This document shows, one piece after another, positions 38,456-48,070 of a DNA stretch of 64,000 nt (position 1 is the stretch's first letter; every line of letters begins with the position of its first letter). The position numbers were made by a program, and so were the translations under genes. The notes under the pieces were generated by a model, which saw nothing but the letters and a program-made list of their open reading frames with translations, was not told where the DNA came from and searched no databases. Origin of the DNA: a virus (lineage: Duplodnaviria; Caudoviricetes). The stretch is taken from positions 1-64,000 of IMG/VR virus record IMGVR_UViG_2690315628_000002; one strand, 5' to 3'.

Positions 38456-39856
38456 CTACAAAAACGCCGGATGCTGCGGAATCAGAATAGGATTGCCTGG
38501 GGGCAAAATCGTAAACGCAAACTTTGCTTCAAACATTTCATCTGGTTGGGGATCGTTTGTCGCAAGCAATGTTGCTATAAGGATGTATCCTAGCGCATTT
38601 CTCGCCCATATCATGTCCCCCTTGTTTACGGAGAAAGCGCTCTGCGCTCCTAAAACTAGCTTGGAGTCAATTATTTGCCCGGCACTGATTGCTGGAATAA
38701 CGTTCAGTTGATCTTTACCGTTCGGATATGCCCACAAAGAGTCTTTGCCTTGCTCGGAAACGCTGAATTCAAATCGAGCGTCGCCGGCGGTAAATGTTAT
38801 GTTTTGTCCGCCGTTACGCATCCGAAAATTGGCAAGAGCAGTTGAACCCAGAGATGATTTAGCTTCTCGGAAATTGAGTAAGCCTTTTCCAACGTCAAAC
38901 GATAGTGAATCACGAATGACGTTGTTGGCCGCAATCTCGGCACTTTCAATCAGACTAACGAAGTCTCTTGAAACCTCCATCTCACTGAGGACTTCGTGGA
39001 ACTCAACCAGTCTGATGCTCTTCCCGCCTGAGTGTTTCCTATATTCGGCCACCAGTTCTGGTCTCGGATATATACCTTGGCTGTTAAGCCGAACGAACCA
39101 GTCAGCTTTCTCCTCACCGGTGACAAATATCAAATCTTTCTGTTGAGACGCGCCTAGCGCAAGCAGCGATTTCCAAACCAAAAAATCGCCGATCCCCGTA
39201 TCCTCTTTGCCGCCGTCCTTGTAACCCGGAGGCACTTTATTGATTAGCCGCCTCTGCCAGTCGGCCAGTATATCCACATTCGCGTCAGTAGGTGAGATGA
39301 TGTTCGCGCTATCGAAAACGGTGTTGTAAATGCTCGTGACAGGATCGTCACCGCTCCAAGATTGAACCCTTGCTTCGACTTTCTCGAGCGCTGCTGTATA
39401 CTGTTTCTTGGCCGCATTAAGCGCTTGGCTCGCGGTCGCCATCTCTTCACTTCCGTCAACACCGTCCAAGATCGGAGACAGCTTTTTCTCGCCGATATTT
39501 ATCCGAGATTTTACGTCTCCGAGCGTTTTCAGCAGCTCGGCGAGCTTCTTGTCTCTATTGGTGATGAACTCTCTTGCAACTCTTGCCGGGAGGAAAAGCC
39601 TGTTTTCGGATCGGAGGTCTTGATAGAACTTCTGGAGCGTCGATAATCCGTCCTTCCTTATTGTGTAAGGCAATAGAAGCACGTTGGTGTCAACGGCGAT
39701 CAGAACGTTTTTGTTTGACGCCTTCGCCACTTTATTGGGTTTGAATATTTGAGACACATCTTCGAAGCTGCTCTCGAGCTTGAATGGGTCGAACCCCGCA
39801 ACCAAGCCTTCGGTGTTCGCTGCCTTCTGCAGTTTCGCTTCTTTAGGTGTAGTCAT
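38456..39856 (-). CDS. PIN-like domain protein (moron)
   Basis: VDTNVLL, PPGYKD, GDFLVW, FVTGEEKADW acidic PIN motifs; extra C-terminal domain. Confidence 0.8.
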   Translation of the reverse strand: MTTPKEAKLQKAANTEGLVAGFDPFKLESSFEDVSQIFKPNKVAKASNKNVLIAVDTNVLLLPYTIRKDGLSTLQKFYQDLRSENRLFLPARVAREFITNRDKKLAELLKTLGDVKSRINIGEKKLSPILDGVDGSEEMATASQALNAAKKQYTAALEKVEARVQSWSGDDPVTSIYNTVFDSANIISPTDANVDILADWQRRLINKVPPGYKDGGKEDTGIGDFLVWKSLLALGASQQKDLIFVTGEEKADWFVRLNSQGIYPRPELVAEYRKHSGGKSIRLVEFHEVLSEMEVSRDFVSLIESAEIAANNVIRDSLSFDVGKGLLNFREAKSSLGSTALANFRMRNGGQNITFTAGDARFEFSVSEQGKDSLWAYPNGKDQLNVIPAISAGQIIDSKLVLGAQSAFSVNKGDMIWARNALGYILIATLLATNDPQPDEMFEAKFAFTILPPGNPILIPQHPAFL

Positions 39857-40132
39857 CGCAGTCCCCAAATAACCAAACGAGTGCCAGCATCTTCAGCATT
39901 ATCGCTGAACGCGCAACGTTAAGTAGTGGTTATCCACGGTTCCTGCACTCATCCGGTATGGTGCCGCATACTCATTTCTCGCTGCGGGTAGTGCTCCCAG
40001 CAATGCCACGTGGACTTTTCGGCTTTCGATCGGGAGAAGCCAAATCCACCCCACTGCTTGCAACCTGGATGTTCGCACCAATGATTTTCGTGGATACCGT
40101 CGCCGGCCTTGTTAGTCTGGTCGCTCATTGCC

Positions 40133-40450
40133 TCACGGTCCCTTCATGGATTGCAGGTCGTCTGCTAATCGCTCCAGTTTCCATCCGCCCGTAGGTGGGG
40201 AGGCCGACAGGCGCTCGGCACGCTGGTTGAGTTTCGCGACGGCGATGATCTTGGCATCACGATACGAAGTAGCTTCAACCGAGACGCGCCAGCGGCCGGC
40301 CTGAAACCGGTATGATTTGAACTTCTTTTGCTCAACGAAGACGCAGCCAGCGGTAAATGCGTCACGGTACGACTCCTTGTCGCCGTTTACGGCTTCCGAC
40401 CGCGATTTCCACCACCGCTCGAAGTTTCTGTCTATATCTGCTTTTAGCAT
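40133..40450 (-). CDS. Hypothetical protein, probably SOS-regulated
   Basis: 105-aa ORF directly behind an SOS box. Confidence 0.65.
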   Translation of the reverse strand: MLKADIDRNFERWWKSRSEAVNGDKESYRDAFTAGCVFVEQKKFKSYRFQAGRWRVSVEATSYRDAKIIAVAKLNQRAERLSASPPTGGWKLERLADDLQSMKGP

Positions 40451-40484
40451 GTTCCTATTATGTTCTTCTGTCGGGAAGAGTCAA
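40451..40484 (-). promoter_or_regulatory. Promoter with alphaproteobacterial LexA box
   Basis: Minus strand TTGACT-16-CATAAT with GAACATAATAGGAAC immediately before ATG. Confidence 0.75.
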
Positions 40485-40634
40485 TATCTGCAGAGAAGCG
40501 CTCTTTTTGATTTGAAAGGTGCACGAAAACTGGCGGGGCTTTCGCCCTTCTTTTTCGCAGACCGTATCTAGGGGGGACGGGCTTGTATTGCTCGCGCTTT
40601 GGTTTATTTCTTCGAGCATAAAGTCGGGGGCGAA

Positions 40635-42161
40635 ATGGTAGCTTTAGGATCAACCGCTGGTAAAGTGTTCAGCGCCTGTAGAACAACACTGATCGAGGTT
40701 TCAGCACACCTACAGGCCCACGGATCGACTGCTCTGATGGAGGTTGCAACCATTTTAGACAGACTGGTGGACGACCTCGGCGATGGCAAGAAACCAGAAG
40801 AAAATCTGGATTTCATTCTCTTCGAATTGGATAGCATATTCGAGTCAGCGTACTACGAACCGCTCGACGCTGAGGAAATGTACGGAATATCAGTTGCGAC
40901 TCGCCTTACCGACGTAGTGAGAGGTTTGAGGATTCTTTCAGATCACCACCATTTTGAACAGCAACTGAAATCGAGTGGAGACGCAACTAGAGCTTCGTTG
41001 CTAACGGCGTCCGCGCAACCTGCACCCATTCAGGATAAAGTTAATCAGATCAACAGGCGTATCAGATTAGGGGAAAATGAATACCGCCAGCTCGTGCTCG
41101 ATCAGCCAAGGACCTCGCGGATTGAGGAGCTAGGTTTCCATGCTGAGCGCGTCAGCGACCTTGTCGACCAACTGCGATTGGCCGGAGAGTCAACACTGCT
41201 TATGGCCGTTGAAAATCTTGCGCATGCAATAGATGGTCTCATGGACGAGTACGCTGACTTCTTTTCCTCTGAGTCAGCCGATCAACTGCGTCAGACGTTC
41301 GAGGCGGCGTCTGAAATCGCTCATGACTTGCTTGCTGAAACGGCAGGAACTGCCGGCGTTGATGAACCTGTCGTTACGCATCGCGAGCAAGCATTGGCTC
41401 CCTTTCAGTTCGCCATCTCTGGCGACCGGCTGACATTACAACCTCAGCAGACACATCCGAAATCAGGCTCAGAGCGGATCGTAGCAGCTGCATCGCGAGC
41501 CCTGCACGCACACGCAGAAGACCTTGCCGATGATCTTGAGGGCTCGAACCACCCTCGGCTCTTCCGGGCGTTTAACCGCCTGCGTGCGGCCCTCAATGAC
41601 GGGTCCAACGTAGTCGAGATCGGGATGCTCTGCGCCACGCTAGATGGACAAATCCGAGCCGCGTCAGAAGAACTGTCGGATAGCCTGTTAGCACTTCTAT
41701 TGAGCTTCAGTAAGGGCGTGATGGATTTTGCATCTCAGTTTGACGAGTGGCAAGAGTTCTCTGACAATGCGGCTGAGGCCAACTTCGAACCGCAGGACGG
41801 CGAGAACTATACCAAGATCGCTCGGGTTCTCGCAGTTGAATTGGAACGTCGTCAAGAAGTGGACTCGAAGGTGCCTGAAGCCCTTCGCCAAGTTGCGGAG
41901 TGGAATGAAAAAACCGATTCGCCGCGGTCACGTCTGAGCCTTGGAAGGACAGTTCTGAACATCATCACCGTCTGTTTCAACGAACTCGTCAAAAAACCAG
42001 CGCAGATGGTGATCGGCGTGACTGGGACCGCGATTGTCGCGATCGTGCTCCACCACGCAGCGATCTATGCTGCTGAGATTTCACGAACGCCCGAAGGCTC
42101 ATGGTTAAGACCTGCCGTAAGGGTGATCGAGAGCCACGTCGGGAAATTAGAAACCCCTTGA
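40635..42161 (+). CDS. Hypothetical helical protein (moron)
   Basis: Long ORF opposite to its neighbours; no recognised motif. Confidence 0.7.
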   Translation: MVALGSTAGKVFSACRTTLIEVSAHLQAHGSTALMEVATILDRLVDDLGDGKKPEENLDFILFELDSIFESAYYEPLDAEEMYGISVATRLTDVVRGLRILSDHHHFEQQLKSSGDATRASLLTASAQPAPIQDKVNQINRRIRLGENEYRQLVLDQPRTSRIEELGFHAERVSDLVDQLRLAGESTLLMAVENLAHAIDGLMDEYADFFSSESADQLRQTFEAASEIAHDLLAETAGTAGVDEPVVTHREQALAPFQFAISGDRLTLQPQQTHPKSGSERIVAAASRALHAHAEDLADDLEGSNHPRLFRAFNRLRAALNDGSNVVEIGMLCATLDGQIRAASEELSDSLLALLLSFSKGVMDFASQFDEWQEFSDNAAEANFEPQDGENYTKIARVLAVELERRQEVDSKVPEALRQVAEWNEKTDSPRSRLSLGRTVLNIITVCFNELVKKPAQMVIGVTGTAIVAIVLHHAAIYAAEISRTPEGSWLRPAVRVIESHVGKLETP

Positions 42162-42164
42162 CGT

Positions 42165-42425
42165 TCAGCACAGCGCCTCGGCCATAGCCTGGGCAAAGCC
42201 GATCTCGACACCTTCCCATTTACCGGCCTCCACCTGCGCCTGCAACACGCGGGACAGGTGGAGTGGATTTTCGGTGGCAGTCATCACAGAACGAAGTTGC
42301 GTGAAATATAAGCGACCAGTGTCGCAGTCTGCCTGATAATCATCGGTGCGTACCGGAGCCCATGGTTGGATGCGGCCTGTATCGGAGGCGACGAAAGGAA
42401 GCTGCTCAAAACTCGTTACAATCAT
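42165..42425 (-). CDS. Hypothetical protein
   Basis: 86-aa ORF at the end of the leftward operon. Confidence 0.6.
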   Translation of the reverse strand: MIVTSFEQLPFVASDTGRIQPWAPVRTDDYQADCDTGRLYFTQLRSVMTATENPLHLSRVLQAQVEAGKWEGVEIGFAQAMAEALC

Positions 42426-42435
42426 TGTTCCACTC

Positions 42436-43896
42436 TTATATTAGGTCGCTGAGGTCGACGGTTTCACCGATCAAGTCTGATAGGTAGGAATTTAATCCTT
42501 TTATTTTAGAATGTGAACATACCGAGAACAAATTTTCGGCAAGTGGTTCATCCGTAAGGGACATTTTTTGGTTGTGTTCCTCGATCTCTGGGAATCTGCG
42601 ACCCAGAAACTCGACGTACTCAGTTTCAGCTTCCATGAGGATACAGTCAAAACCTTCGCGGCGGGCAGCCTCTGCTGTTGTTCCGGAGCCGGCGAATGGA
42701 TCAAGCACGATGCCACCCGGTGGGGTGATGTGCCGGATCAGGTTCGCCATTAGCGCGATGGGCTTTACGGTGGGATGAGCGCCAACCGGCTTCCCGTTCT
42801 CATCGACCGGGAGAAGATGATGTGCTCGATCAGATTTACCGGCTTTCGCCTGGTAGATTAGTGCGTCACCGAGGTCGTCGCTTATAAAGCCGGCGAGCTT
42901 CGCCAGCGCATAATCTTCGTCGGTCAGCGGGAAATGATGAAAAAACCGACTGGCTGATGCCGAGCCATCGCCGGGAAACATCGAGAGCACGTTCTGAGAC
43001 CCGTCGAGGATGAGATTAGACGGATGTCTGCCGACCGGATCGTAGTTTTCGCGAGCCTTGTCAAACACGCCGTAGACGAGATTGGTCATGGCCCCGCTGC
43101 CGAAATCAGCGTGCTGGTTCTTTTCTTTCGATTCCCGTTCATCTGTGTCGCCTGCGAAGGCGACACGGCACCCATCGATGTTGACCGCTCCGAGACCGTG
43201 TTTCAGGAGATTGGCAGCCCCGTTCTTTTCGCTGAACGGTTTCTGGGCGAGATAAATGGGTTCGAGCGCTGGTTTCTGCGCCTGAGTGCCGTAAGCCCAT
43301 CCTTCCCATTCCGCAGCTTCATCGGAGCCGGGAACGTAAGTGCCGGGCTGATATTCTCGCCCATTGTCCTTGATCCAGCTTCCGTCGCGATTTTGATCTG
43401 CGCCGGGGATCATGCGCTTCACCGGATTACCAGCGGCGTTGAAATGTCCCTCGACACCCAAGTGTTTGTCGATCGCCTTGTCGGCAGCGTGCGCCTTCGG
43501 AAAGCCGCTTCCAAAACACCAACCGTGCATCGGATGCATGACGAATCCGGCCAATTCCATGGCGCATGCCTGCCAGTGGCCGGTTCGGCTTCCGCTGAAA
43601 GCGAACACATACCCGCCTGGTAACAGGATGTCGTAGATTAGCTTCCAGAACTCAGGATCGCGCTCAATACCGGTGCCATCCCACGCGCGACCCATGAAGC
43701 CGCCCGACAGACGGGCGAAGCTGCCGTCGTTCTTCTCGCGACGGGCAGGGGCTGAGCCTTCCTTGCCGAAACGCTTCTGGATCGAAACCAGTCCATACGG
43801 CGGATCGGTTACGACCGAATGGACGCGCACGCCATCTGCAATCAGGCGTCGTAATGAGGCGCGGTTGTCGCCGGGATGCAGGGTGATGCTTGTCAT
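42436..43896 (-). CDS. DNA N6-adenine/N4-cytosine methyltransferase (beta class)
   Basis: TDPPY precedes HPTVKP and DPFAGSGTT. Confidence 0.9.
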   Translation of the reverse strand: MTSITLHPGDNRASLRRLIADGVRVHSVVTDPPYGLVSIQKRFGKEGSAPARREKNDGSFARLSGGFMGRAWDGTGIERDPEFWKLIYDILLPGGYVFAFSGSRTGHWQACAMELAGFVMHPMHGWCFGSGFPKAHAADKAIDKHLGVEGHFNAAGNPVKRMIPGADQNRDGSWIKDNGREYQPGTYVPGSDEAAEWEGWAYGTQAQKPALEPIYLAQKPFSEKNGAANLLKHGLGAVNIDGCRVAFAGDTDERESKEKNQHADFGSGAMTNLVYGVFDKARENYDPVGRHPSNLILDGSQNVLSMFPGDGSASASRFFHHFPLTDEDYALAKLAGFISDDLGDALIYQAKAGKSDRAHHLLPVDENGKPVGAHPTVKPIALMANLIRHITPPGGIVLDPFAGSGTTAEAARREGFDCILMEAETEYVEFLGRRFPEIEEHNQKMSLTDEPLAENLFSVCSHSKIKGLNSYLSDLIGETVDLSDLI

Positions 43897-43906
43897 AGGA
43901 ATACTT

Positions 43907-44158
43907 TCAGACCAGAAGATCGTCGGATGCGTCGGCGGTCGTTTTTGGTCGCAGCACCTGAAGCAGGACGCGACGCAATTTCTCCGACGGTGATGCTTCG
44001 GGCACCAGGTCGTCGACAACGAAGCTGTTATGATCGCGGCCCATGCTGACGAGGCTGCCGGTGCCGCCCATCTTGCTGTTGAAGATGCGGATCGAGTGCC
44101 AGTCGCCGTTGGACATTGCGAGATCGATCAGTTCTTCGAGAGACATTTCCTCGATCAT
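43907..44158 (-). CDS. Hypothetical protein ending ...SDDLLV
   Basis: Coupled small ORF in operon. Confidence 0.65.
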   Translation of the reverse strand: MIEEMSLEELIDLAMSNGDWHSIRIFNSKMGGTGSLVSMGRDHNSFVVDDLVPEASPSEKLRRVLLQVLRPKTTADASDDLLV

Positions 44159-44400
44159 ACGAGCAGCTCTTCCTCAGATGGTTTGGCGGGTGCAGCGAAA
44201 GCCGGCATGTCGCGCGTTCGGTGGCTCGGTGGCAGCAGCTTGACCGCCTCGAAGATTGCCTGATCGAGATCGGCGATGTGTTGGGTGTCGGTTTGCGATG
44301 TATCCTGTGAGATCGCCCACAGGGCGGCGATCGCTTCATAGGCGGCGTCGAGTTGGCCGCGCAGGAAAGCAACTTGGATGTAGTTGTCGCTGGCGGCCAT
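44155..44400 (-). CDS. Hypothetical protein ending ...EEELLV
   Basis: Coupled small ORF in operon. Confidence 0.65.
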   Translation of the reverse strand: MAASDNYIQVAFLRGQLDAAYEAIAALWAISQDTSQTDTQHIADLDQAIFEAVKLLPPSHRTRDMPAFAAPAKPSEEELLV

Positions 44401-44403
44401 GGT

Positions 44404-44745
44404 TCACACCAGCAGGTCGTCGGGGTCGATGTTGCGCATAATGGCATCAGCGACAACCAGGGTTCCGTGCGCAACTTCACCAAGGTCAAGATCGATGTCA
44501 TCGTCGATAACAACAGCGGTAACCGCCGACGCGCCAGCCGCGTCGAAGCCCTCGAGTTTGCCGGTCGCTGCGTCGAACGTCAGACCGGTTTCAGCAGCCT
44601 TCCCACCTGGAAACACGCGGTCCAGCTCTTCGAGGAGAGGGGTCTTCTGCAGCACGAGTGTTACAGCCTCGCCGCCTATGGTTACGATGGTGAAGGGGCT
44701 GCCCTTCGTCTTGCGGATCGCGCCGCGCAGTTCGCCGAGTTTCAT
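44404..44745 (-). CDS. Hypothetical protein ending ...PDDLLV
   Basis: GGAG RBS; operon context. Confidence 0.7.
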   Translation of the reverse strand: MKLGELRGAIRKTKGSPFTIVTIGGEAVTLVLQKTPLLEELDRVFPGGKAAETGLTFDAATGKLEGFDAAGASAVTAVVIDDDIDLDLGEVAHGTLVVADAIMRNIDPDDLLV

Positions 44746-44766
44746 TTGAAGTCTCCGTTGTTGGGA

Positions 44767-45045
44767 TCAGGGGTCGAGCATCGTCATGCCGAGCGCGGCC
44801 ATATACGTCTGCAGAATGGTTTCTTCTTCGAGGCGTTCGTTGGCGTCCTTTTTGCGGAGCCGAATGATGGTGCGGATCGCCTTGGTGTCGTAGCCGCGGC
44901 CCTTGGCCTCGCCCATCACGTCTTTGATGTCCCCTTGGATCGCTGCCTTTTCTTCCTCGAGCCGCTCGACGCGCTCAATAAACTGACGAAGTTCGGCGGA
45001 GGCGACCGTTTCGACCGTTTCTCCGCTGTTGTGTCCGATAGACAT
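44767..45045 (-). CDS. gapR: GapR/DUF2312 nucleoid-associated protein homologue
   Basis: [16 protein letters not shown]...[21 protein letters not shown]...[11 protein letters not shown]; AGGAG RBS. Confidence 0.9.
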   Translation of the reverse strand: MSIGHNSGETVETVASAELRQFIERVERLEEEKAAIQGDIKDVMGEAKGRGYDTKAIRTIIRLRKKDANERLEEETILQTYMAALGMTMLDP

Positions 45046-45094
45046 TTCAACTCCTAATGATTGGAAATCACGTAAAACGTGAAATATAAGCGCG

Positions 45095-45601
45095 TCAAGA
45101 AGCGACTGGTTTGCCTTCAAGTCCACCATCGATGAACGACTTCGCGCCGGACAGGTGGGCCGGTCGAAGATGGTTCTTCCCGCTTTCAGTAAACGGCGGA
45201 ACTCCCTCCGGATACTTCGCGAAAATTTCGTCGACGACACGCTGAAGCTCTACACGAACGGCTTCTAGGTTCGCTTTCGGCGGTCGGTCGTCGTTCAACT
45301 GCTGCTGGATCATCGCGTCGCGCAGGACCACGAGGCTGCTGATGGCTTTGGTGATGTGGGACAGCTTGCTATCGTCGTCGATGTCTTCGCCTTCCCACCA
45401 CTGCATGATGTGTCCCATCGCAGCGTCGACGTAGACCGATGCTTTGACACCAGATACGCGATAGTTATGCCTACCGTATTTCGCTGCGCCTTCCAGCATC
45501 GCGACACCAACTTCGCACATGACGGTCATCGGAACCGTTGCAAACTGCCGCCACTTCCTGATGCCGAAGCCGTCTTTTGGGTTCGTTTCCTTGGTGCTCA
45601 T
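45095..45601 (-). CDS. dATP/dGTP diphosphohydrolase-domain protein (DUF5664-like)
   Basis: TNPKD...[11 protein letters not shown]...H...WWEGED.D..S...H pattern. Confidence 0.75.
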   Translation of the reverse strand: MSTKETNPKDGFGIRKWRQFATVPMTVMCEVGVAMLEGAAKYGRHNYRVSGVKASVYVDAAMGHIMQWWEGEDIDDDSKLSHITKAISSLVVLRDAMIQQQLNDDRPPKANLEAVRVELQRVVDEIFAKYPEGVPPFTESGKNHLRPAHLSGAKSFIDGGLEGKPVAS

Positions 45602-45810
45602 TGGCGGGCCTCCGCGGCGAGTGCCTCGCGGACACGATCAAAAGCTTCCCACACATTCTCGTTGTGGACCGGCTGAACATTGTGTTCGGCACCATCGCGC
45701 ATGCGCACGGTCACATGCCCGGAGCTATAGTAGCACTGGACGCTCTGCACGTAGCGAGGATTGACGCTGGTGGTCTTCGTGATCTCGACGAGCGCCATGG
45801 CAATCACCAC
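45598..45810 (-). CDS. Hypothetical protein
   Basis: Coupled small ORF. Confidence 0.55.
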   Translation of the reverse strand: MVIAMALVEITKTTSVNPRYVQSVQCYYSSGHVTVRMRDGAEHNVQPVHNENVWEAFDRVREALAAEARQ

Positions 45811-46349
45811 TTCTTGCCGTTTGCAGCAAGCCTGGCCTCGTTCTTGTGATCGGCGCGAACAGCGTTGTATTCTCGCTTCTCCGTAACTGCGCCGTCGACA
45901 TCATAGCCGAACTTCGCGGCATAGGCGGCGATCGTCGCGAGGACGCGGGTGATTTCGATTCCGACACGAACGTGCCAGTTCGACTCGATGAGGTTGCCGA
46001 CGCCCGTGACAAGCCGCACGATCGCAAATAGAGCTTCTGCGCGGTTGTCGCTGAGATCGATTGCGAGCCCTTCCGGATCGACGAGCTTAAATCCACAGCC
46101 GCCAGCGAAATCGAAGAGTCTGATCTTGGCGTCGGCCAATTCCACTTCCGCCATCTTGCGGTGGGGCAGGTGGTCATCCATGAGATCCTTCCGCTCGCCT
46201 TCCATGGCTTCGGAAAGTTCGCTGACGACCAGCATCAGCATCTCGCCCTTGTTTCGGTCCAGACGCTCACCGGTCGCCGGGTCGCGCCACCAGTGGGCAT
46301 TGGAGGCGTGAATTTCAGCGGCAATGCTGTTTAAGTCGATCATTTCCAC
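45804..46349 (-). CDS. MazG-like NTP pyrophosphohydrolase
   Basis: SELSEAMEG...EVELAD..IR..D and EKREYN..R motifs. Confidence 0.75.
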   Translation of the reverse strand: MEMIDLNSIAAEIHASNAHWWRDPATGERLDRNKGEMLMLVVSELSEAMEGERKDLMDDHLPHRKMAEVELADAKIRLFDFAGGCGFKLVDPEGLAIDLSDNRAEALFAIVRLVTGVGNLIESNWHVRVGIEITRVLATIAAYAAKFGYDVDGAVTEKREYNAVRADHKNEARLAANGKKW

Positions 46350-46525
46350 TTGTTCCTCATCTTGCGCTTGTTAGTGCTTCGACCGAGATGGAAGAAGCCG
46401 CAGAATGTACATTTGTAGGGCGGTGCTTTGGGATAGCGCTTCCTGACTGAGGCGACGACGTTTGCGGTGAACCGCTCTTTGCCCTGACAGGAAGACTCCC
46501 AAACCGTATCCTTATTTCGCCTCAT
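46340..46525 (-). CDS. Small basic Zn-binding hypothetical protein
   Basis: C..K.RF...YKCTFCGFFHL. Confidence 0.55.
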   Translation of the reverse strand: MRRNKDTVWESSCQGKERFTANVVASVRKRYPKAPPYKCTFCGFFHLGRSTNKRKMRNKWK

Positions 46526-46547
46526 AATTCCACCTTTAAAGTGAAAG

Positions 46548-47147
46548 TCAAGATAAAAGTGAAACAATTGGCCGCAGATCGTCTATCCACGTTACGAGCG
46601 GATCACCAGGCTTCTCATGCGACCGATTGTGGGACCGACGGACCATAAATGAGTTATGGCCACAGTCGTGCCCGGAGAGCGCATGGGTGTAATTGTCCTC
46701 GATCCAGACGCCACGCTCAAGGATACCGAGCCACTTCTTTTTGCTTTCTCCGAGCGGCAGGCAGATAACCTGCTCGAAGATGTCGCCGAAGATGAGATCG
46801 AGATTGAACTTACGCCGCGCGACCACCACGGGATTGTCGGAGCAACTGGTCAGGACCGAGAGCCGATGACCCATCTCTTTGAGCACCGAAACATTTTCGA
46901 TTGCATGGGGGCATGCTTCAAGATTGGCGAACTGGGAACTGTGGTTGAAGCCGGCAACCATTTCACGCGATGCTGCCGGCGTCAGGCCGAGCCAACCGCT
47001 CATGTCCCATGAGTCGGGGAGCCCTTTGATTTCTCGGTTTTCGATAGAAGACACAAAGCGCTTGAAACCGCCAAGCCAGTCTAAAAGAACGTCGTCGCAG
47101 TCCAGGATGATGTGGAGGTTTCGGTTCTGGCGATGGAAGTCGATCAT
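46548..47147 (-). CDS. HAD-family 5'(3')-deoxyribonucleotidase-like protein
   Basis: LDCDDVL, LTS, WIEDN, HN motifs. Confidence 0.75.
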   Translation of the reverse strand: MIDFHRQNRNLHIILDCDDVLLDWLGGFKRFVSSIENREIKGLPDSWDMSGWLGLTPAASREMVAGFNHSSQFANLEACPHAIENVSVLKEMGHRLSVLTSCSDNPVVVARRKFNLDLIFGDIFEQVICLPLGESKKKWLGILERGVWIEDNYTHALSGHDCGHNSFMVRRSHNRSHEKPGDPLVTWIDDLRPIVSLLS

Positions 47148-48070
47148 GCCTGCAACTCCAGTTGACGACGAAACTGGCGGAAGCCGACGAAATTGCCGTG
47201 TTCTTCGCTGTGCTTCCAGCACGCGGCAGCTTTGAATGCGGGGCGTTCGAAATGGTAAGCTAGGTCTTCGTACTCATCAGCCTGCGCGACATGCTCAAAC
47301 GGGCTGGCATGGAAGGGCTTCGAGAACAGCTTGTCATAGATCGCCGTGGCGCGGCCGAGCGACATGTCGAAACCGTCCGTCGTCTTGTAGGAAGTGCTGG
47401 CACAGCGGGCGACGGAGACTTTGCGCAGAGTTTCGACGCCGATGTTGTGATCACCGCCACTAGCTTCATAAAGCAAGTCCTCGTCGAAGGTGGTGATAAA
47501 CGGCATGTGCCATTGTCCCGGCTTGAGCGTCTGCACCGTGGACTCGTCCTCAAGGCACTTCCGAATCTCAAGGGCAAGCATTTGGATGTGCGGCTCTGCG
47601 TCCCTGTGGTCTCGCAGTTCGAGAAAGTTGTCCCATTCCGTCGACGACACAAGCACAGTTATGTGGAGAAACGGTTCGAGCAGGCGGTTGATGACCTGCT
47701 TGTGGTAGCCGGCGTTATCGAAAGCTGTGGCGATACGAATAGCTTCATCTCGCGCCCATAGCCATGCTCGTTCGCGGGAAACGCCTCCTGGCACAATGAG
47801 AGGCAGAGGCGCGTCGCATTCCTGATCGGCCTGCATACCCTTCTGCGCAGCTCCCCAATGGATCGGCATAGCGGTGTCGGCGAGGATATCGTCGATCATC
47901 TTTTTCACCGGGATCGCACGGCTGCTGGCCGCATTCCGGCTGAACACGCGATGCGTCATGAACTCGGCATGGATGAACCGCGGATAGCGCAGCAGAAGCG
48001 TCGAAAGCACCTTGTCTGGTGCACTAGCGTTACGGCTGCGCAAGATTGTTTTGGCGGAAATTGTGGTCAT
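47144..48070 (-). CDS. thyX: FAD-dependent thymidylate synthase
   Basis: THRVFSRNAASSRAIP, NFLELR...A, HASPFEH. Confidence 0.85.
   Translation of the reverse strand: MTTISAKTILRSRNASAPDKVLSTLLLRYPRFIHAEFMTHRVFSRNAASSRAIPVKKMIDDILADTAMPIHWGAAQKGMQADQECDAPLPLIVPGGVSRERAWLWARDEAIRIATAFDNAGYHKQVINRLLEPFLHITVLVSSTEWDNFLELRDHRDAEPHIQMLALEIRKCLEDESTVQTLKPGQWHMPFITTFDEDLLYEASGGDHNIGVETLRKVSVARCASTSYKTTDGFDMSLGRATAIYDKLFSKPFHASPFEHVAQADEYEDLAYHFERPAFKAAACWKHSEEHGNFVGFRQFRRQLELQA

Noticed and set aside
42427-42441. Third LexA box before ORF 42165-42425
   Set aside because: Only one GTTC half-site; the second position reads ATAT.
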